From NCBI RefSeq assembly GCF_046119375.1, contig NW_027362771.1:559736001-559800000 (forward strand): a DNA stretch of 64,000 nucleotides, given 5' to 3'. A program made the position numbers and the translations under genes. Source of the DNA: Phyllobates terribilis. Taxonomy: Eukaryota. Positions 61,201 through 64,000 of the stretch are shown here, in pieces (position 1 is the stretch's first letter; every line of letters begins with the position of its first letter). Below the pieces are notes generated by a model. It made no database searches. It saw nothing but the letters and a program-made list of their open reading frames with translations, and was not told the DNA's origin.

Positions 61201-63828
61201 CAAGAGAATGAGTTATCAGGTAGGAAGGACACCTACTTGTTCTGAGTCATGGTCATCAGCATCCAATCCCTCGGGAAAACTCGTTTTCCAATTAGGTCCT
61301 TAAACATGATAAATGTCTCCATCAAGAAATCCTACAGCGGACGGGAGGAAAAAAGTGGAAAAAGTTGAAGAAATGGACATCTCATGAGAGAAACTCAAAT
61401 AAGGCAGTAGGGGGACTTACAATGATGTCTTGACGAGTCTTGAAGGTGCTGATATAGTGATCATAGTGGTAATCTTCCATTTGTCTGAGAATGGCGGTCA
61501 TACAAGCGACAAAACGACCCTAAGAAAGAAACGAGCAGAAACAATTTCTCGAGAATGAATCTATGTTACGACATCTACTCCACCACCATTATAGGTTAAT
61601 GCGCTCCAGGACCCCATCGCAGACTCACTACATGTGGTGCCTGGCGGCTCATCCCTATAACTGTCCGGTTTACTCTCCGTAGAAGACGCTCCATGATGAG
61701 CTGGATGTGTAGTGTAGAGTCGCTCTGTACAAACAGAAGATAACAGTAATCATCAAGAATAAATCACATATGAAACTACGACAGGACAAAATTCATACCT
61801 AGTCTAAACAGTTAGACTCTACCAACACCAGAGGGAGCACAGGAGCTTATCAATGTAGAAATAGTATGCAGCAAGCTCCTAAGCTCCCTCTAGTGGTGGC
61901 CGTATTACATCTGATTTTATCATGCATGACTAAGATAAGTTTTTTCTTTCCTGGCTTAATATAAGCCAAGCATGTGAGGACCAAAATGACAATTTAGGGT
62001 CACTCCTAAGAGTTACACTTCCAGGAATGTTTAAATGTGCGGAGCAGAAAAAGGTTGTATTGCATCTCAGGCCCATTTACATCAATGGTGTTAGGCTGCA
62101 ATACCAGACACAACCCATAGGTGCTGTTTTTGGACGAGAGCAGAGCAGCCATGTTTTTCCTATTTCCGTCAGCATTACTGTCTCACTCACCGCTTCTTTG
62201 TTCTGTAGTGCCTCCAAAATATTACTGAGGAGCTGTCCGCTGGCATCATAATCAGGCTTGGTGTAATTGTCATCTAACTGTCCACTCAGCTGGTCAATAA
62301 AAAGAGGTAAAAGGGCATCTCTGCACTCTGCAAAGAGAAAGGGTCTAGTATCAAATAACATTCCAGTGTATGAGATGTATTAAAGCGCCGAAAAGTCATC
62401 AGACTATGCCACCCTACGTAAGGGTAGCGTATCTGGGGTCAGGTCTATTCTACTATTAGCCAAAAGGGCATATACTATACATTTTGTGCAGGCTGGCTAG
62501 TAGGAGTGATCAGATAATACACAGCTTCTGAGTCCGGTGTATTCGTGAGCATAGAGCTCCCCCTGCCTCTCCCCATCCTTCTCACTGCCATGAGGAGTGA
62601 GGAGAGGCAGGGGGAGCTCTATGCTCATGAATACACTGGAGTCAGAAAACTATATATTTAGTATTTGTGAACACAGAGCTCCCCCTGCCTCTCCTAACTC
62701 CTCATGTCAGTGAGAAGGATGGGGAGAGGCAGGGGGAGCTGTATGCTCATGAATACACTGGAGTCAGAATACTATATATTTAGTATTTGTGAACATAGAG
62801 CTCCCCCTGCCTCTCCCCATCCTTCTCACTGCCATGAGGAGTGAGGAGAGGCAGGGGGAGCTCTATGCTCATGAATACACTGGAGTCAGAAAACTATATA
62901 TTTAGTATTCGTGAGCATAGAGCTCCCCCTGCCTCTCCTAACTCCTCATGTCAGTGAGAAGGATGGGGAGAGGCAGGGGGAGCTGTATGCTCACGAATAC
63001 ACAGGACTCAGAACCTATGGAATAGATGATCACTACTAACTAGTCTTCAAAATATTTATTTTTTTTGCACCATTTTGTCTAATAGGGAAATTAACCAGTT
63101 CAATAACATAGTCTGAAGATCGACTACCTTAAAAGGAGTCTGTCAGCTGTTTTTTTGCTATGTAATCTGACAGCAGCATGAAGTAGGGGCAGAGATCTTG
63201 ATTCCATCGGTGTAACACTTCCCGGGCTGCTTGGTGCAGTTTTGATAGAATCCCTGTTTTCTCTGCTGCAGATATAACAGAGCTCAGAATGCTGAGCTGT
63301 GTATAACCCCGCCCACACCACGTATTGGCAGCTTCTTGTGTACACTGTCAACAAGCTACCAATCAGTGGTGGGGGCGGGGTTACACAGATTAGCTGGACT
63401 GCCTGGCACTTGACACCTAGTCCTGTAGTGATAATCTCCTGCTGATAAATGTTTCATCCGGTTTCTCTCAATTCTTCTATGGAAAGAAGCCGAACTAATC
63501 TAGTTGATTTGTGACCACAAGTATGCAAATAGGATACATGCGGTCACATGACCTTCAGCTTGTACCGGGAATATTGGAGAACCACGAAAGTGCGCACATT
63601 GCATGCTGTCACGATTCAGCAGTCTGCAGTCATATGTAAGGACTGCAGTCTTTTGTTTCAAGCCTGAACAACCCCTTTAATTATTACAATATGGGTAAAT
63701 ATTTTACCGCACAGTACTCACCTGGTTGCAGAAAGAGGTCACTCTCCACCACTTTGCACATACAGGTCAGTGTCTGATGGACAAGCTGGTCTGGAGGAAC
63801 GCTCTGCATGAACTTGGCGAAGAGGTCG
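40222..63828 (-). CDS. DOCK5: Dedicator of cytokinesis 5, 3' partial: last 28 coding exons (about 1017 aa, including the DHR-2 GEF domain and proline-rich tail)
   Basis: 28 GT-AG exons total 3055 nt with consistent phases. They include [22 protein letters not shown] (nucleotide-sensor Val present) and the DOCK5-type tail [20 protein letters not shown]. Convergent with GNRH1, as in mammals. Confidence 0.96.
40419..40531 (-). CDS. DOCK5: DOCK5 penultimate exon (FPSLSTHG...[20 protein letters not shown])
   Basis: gatcag|...|GTAAGT; 113 nt. Confidence 0.9.
40908..41532. mobile_element. Palindromic MITE with TAA target duplication (PIF/Harbinger-like)
   Basis: TAA|AGCCCCCGTCTCACA ... TGTGACGGGGCCT|TAA; internal inverted repeats GGTAACCATGGTAAACATCGGGTTACTAG. 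Confidence 0.75.
41698..42710 (-). mobile_element. Internally deleted DIRS1-like retrotransposon remnant in a DOCK5 intron
   Basis: About 80-bp inverted terminal repeats (41698-41778 vs 42629-42710), an internal complementary region near 41890-41970, and a degenerate tyrosine-recombinase C-terminal motif on - (42180-42260). Confidence 0.78.
43630..43765 (-). CDS. DOCK5: DOCK5 exon ([18 protein letters not shown]...PQTPRTH)
   Basis: tcccag|...|GTAAGT; 136 nt; RPKSLQL motif. Confidence 0.9.
43896..44049 (-). CDS. DOCK5: DOCK5 exon ([12 protein letters not shown]...[14 protein letters not shown])
   Basis: ttcttag|...|GTGAGA; 154 nt; divergent sequence but phase-consistent. Confidence 0.85.
44531..44673 (-). 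CDS. DOCK5: DOCK5 exon ([29 protein letters not shown]...SRPGSE)
   Basis: cttcag|...|GTAGGT; 143 nt. Confidence 0.93.
44761..44898 (-). CDS. DOCK5: DOCK5 exon ([26 protein letters not shown]...YGTITL)
   Basis: atccag|...|GTAAGA; 138 nt. Confidence 0.95.
45041..45124 (-). CDS. DOCK5: DOCK5 exon ([28 protein letters not shown])
   Basis: tcatag|...|GTACGA; 84 nt. Confidence 0.95.
45645..47183 (+). mobile_element. Possible non-autonomous Helentron/DINE-like element carrying the 31-bp minisatellite
   Basis: 5' end ACTAGCTACTGAACCCGTTCTAAGCCCGGG and a 3' TTATATTATAGAT-like end; no TSD or long TIR seen; boundaries uncertain. Confidence 0.4.
45790..46745. repeat. 31-bp minisatellite, about 30 copies
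   Basis: Unit CACCCCTCGTCCCCAATCCCGGTATGCCTGG; highly homogeneous core with degenerate edges. Confidence 0.97.
47435..47710. repeat. Degenerate tandem repeat, about 4 copies of GTGAGTGCAGCTCTGG...TAATACAGGAT...CAGCAGAATA
   Basis: AATAGTGAGTGCAGCTCTGG recurs at about 80-bp spacing. Confidence 0.85.
47947..48123 (-). CDS. DOCK5: DOCK5 exon with the DHR-2 nucleotide sensor ([13 protein letters not shown]...[16 protein letters not shown])
   Basis: ccacag|...|GTGGTA; 177 nt. Confidence 0.96.
48430..48516 (-). CDS. DOCK5: DOCK5 exon ([29 protein letters not shown])
   Basis: ccacag|...|GTAAGG; 87 nt. Confidence 0.95.
48570..49680. repeat. Degenerate ~30-bp minisatellite arranged in two duplicated blocks
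   Basis: GCCACAGTCAATAGAGGGGGCAC-type units; the header CACGTGTCAGCAGAGAACAG...CCCCCAAAAGAGGTTCTA occurs at about 48565 and 48975. Confidence 0.88.
49776..49860 (-). CDS. DOCK5: DOCK5 exon ([28 protein letters not shown])
   Basis: ctgcag|...|GTAAGA; 85 nt. Confidence 0.95.
49964..50045 (-). CDS. DOCK5: DOCK5 exon ([26 protein letters not shown])
   Basis: cttcag|...|GTGGGC; 82 nt. Confidence 0.94.
50496..50637 (-). CDS. DOCK5: DOCK5 exon ([17 protein letters not shown]...NSPKQ)
   Basis: ctgcag|...|GTATCC; 142 nt. Confidence 0.94.
50727..50831 (-). CDS. DOCK5: DOCK5 exon ([35 protein letters not shown])
   Basis: ccttag|...|GTAAGC; 105 nt. Confidence 0.95.
51105..51390. repeat. 21-bp degenerate minisatellite, about 12 copies
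   Basis: GGTTCTAGATGGCGCAGCAGA-type units. Confidence 0.88.
52289..52378 (-). CDS. DOCK5: DOCK5 exon ([30 protein letters not shown])
   Basis: atacag|...|GTAATG; 90 nt. Confidence 0.94.
52470..52589 (-). CDS. DOCK5: DOCK5 exon ([16 protein letters not shown]...FFDKGK)
   Basis: acctag|...|GTGGGT; 120 nt. Confidence 0.95.
52667..52757 (-). CDS. DOCK5: DOCK5 exon ([30 protein letters not shown])
   Basis: gtgcag|...|GTGAGC; 91 nt. Confidence 0.95.
52826..52866 (-). CDS. DOCK5: DOCK5 exon ([13 protein letters not shown])
   Basis: atacag|...|GTACAT; 41 nt. Confidence 0.94.
53153..53309 (-). CDS. DOCK5: DOCK5 exon ([18 protein letters not shown]...[10 protein letters not shown])
   Basis: cctcag|...|GTATGA; 157 nt. 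Confidence 0.95.
53401..53486 (-). CDS. DOCK5: DOCK5 exon ([28 protein letters not shown])
   Basis: ctgtag|...|GTGAGT; 86 nt. Confidence 0.95.
54976..55130 (-). CDS. DOCK5: DOCK5 exon ([37 protein letters not shown]...HFHM)
   Basis: catttag|...|GTAAGG; 155 nt. Confidence 0.95.
55894..55952 (-). CDS. DOCK5: DOCK5 exon ([19 protein letters not shown])
   Basis: ttgcag|...|GTGAGA; 59 nt. Confidence 0.94.
56439..56539 (-). CDS. DOCK5: DOCK5 exon ([33 protein letters not shown])
   Basis: ttctcag|...|GTAAGA; 101 nt. Confidence 0.94.
58740..58818 (-). CDS. DOCK5: DOCK5 exon ([26 protein letters not shown])
   Basis: ttgcag|...|GTGAGA; 79 nt. Confidence 0.94.
58951..60474 (+). mobile_element. Tc1/mariner transposon, near full length, frameshifted/deleted, in a DOCK5 intron
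   Basis: TA|CAGTACAGACCAAAAGTTTGGACACACC ... GGTGTGTCCAAACTTTTAGCCTGTACTG|TA with long TIRs. ORF 59365-59799 [16 protein letters not shown]...GRPRVT and C-terminal fragment [24 protein letters not shown]...GGYF. Confidence 0.94.
61237..61331 (-). CDS. DOCK5: DOCK5 exon ([31 protein letters not shown])
   Basis: ctgtag|...|GTAGGT; 95 nt. Confidence 0.94.
61421..61519 (-). CDS. DOCK5: DOCK5 exon ([33 protein letters not shown])
   Basis: ttcttag|...|GTAAGT; 99 nt. Confidence 0.94.
61629..61724 (-). CDS. DOCK5: DOCK5 exon ([32 protein letters not shown])
   Basis: gtacag|...|GTGAGT; 96 nt. Confidence 0.93.
62191..62327 (-). CDS. DOCK5: DOCK5 exon ([20 protein letters not shown]...LQNKEA)
   Basis: tttgcag|...|GTGAGT; 137 nt. 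Confidence 0.93.
62526..63012. repeat. 122-bp-period array of four hairpin units
   Basis: GAGCTCCCCCTGCCTCTCC at 62554, 62676, 62798, 62920, each followed by a 28-nt loop and the inverted arm. Confidence 0.93.
63722..63828 (-). CDS. DOCK5: DOCK5 exon ([35 protein letters not shown])
   Basis: tttacag|...|GTGAGT; 107 nt. Confidence 0.9.
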
Positions 63829-64000
63829 CTGTAAAATGATGAGGAGGTCAGAAGGTTTATTCGCTATTGACCCATGGCACAAATGCATAGCAAAAATCTA
63901 AAGGAGTTGTCTCCTCAGAGAAAGCCGACACTGTGGTGACCATATGATCAGGGGGGTTGTTACTCTTGTACAAATCGCCATTTGGTGTAAAGTAACTTAT

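Overview
This is vertebrate genomic DNA. The repeat content looks like that of a neobatrachian frog, but that is an inference and the species is not identified. There are three N gaps. Four genes were reconstructed exon by exon from GT-AG sites and frame phase, and they reproduce the conserved tetrapod CDCA2-KCTD9-GNRH1-DOCK5 block: (1) the 5' part of CDCA2/Repo-Man on the - strand, head-to-head with (2) a complete 12-exon KCTD9 (+, 390 aa); (3) a complete prepro-GnRH1 (+, 91 aa); (4) the last 28 coding exons of DOCK5 (-). Introns and intergenic space hold three Tc1 copies, a hAT-type MITE, TTAA- and TAA-target MITEs, Penelope-like and DIRS-like remnants and many minisatellites. Strongest observations: the GnRH1 decapeptide reads [10 protein letters not shown], the [Gln8] chicken-GnRH-I form, rather than the [Arg8] form typical of frogs. 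A ~7.5-kb, 77-bp-unit satellite has expanded from inside a Tc1 transposase ORF with both parental flanks and TIRs still in place, apparently within the DOCK5 3' region. A second Tc1 carries two independent tandem expansions of its own coding sequence. There is also a candidate Otx-site-rich GNRH1 promoter with a non-coding exon 1, and a 122-bp hairpin array whose loop alternates orientation. No prokaryotic-type system (CRISPR, operon) is present.
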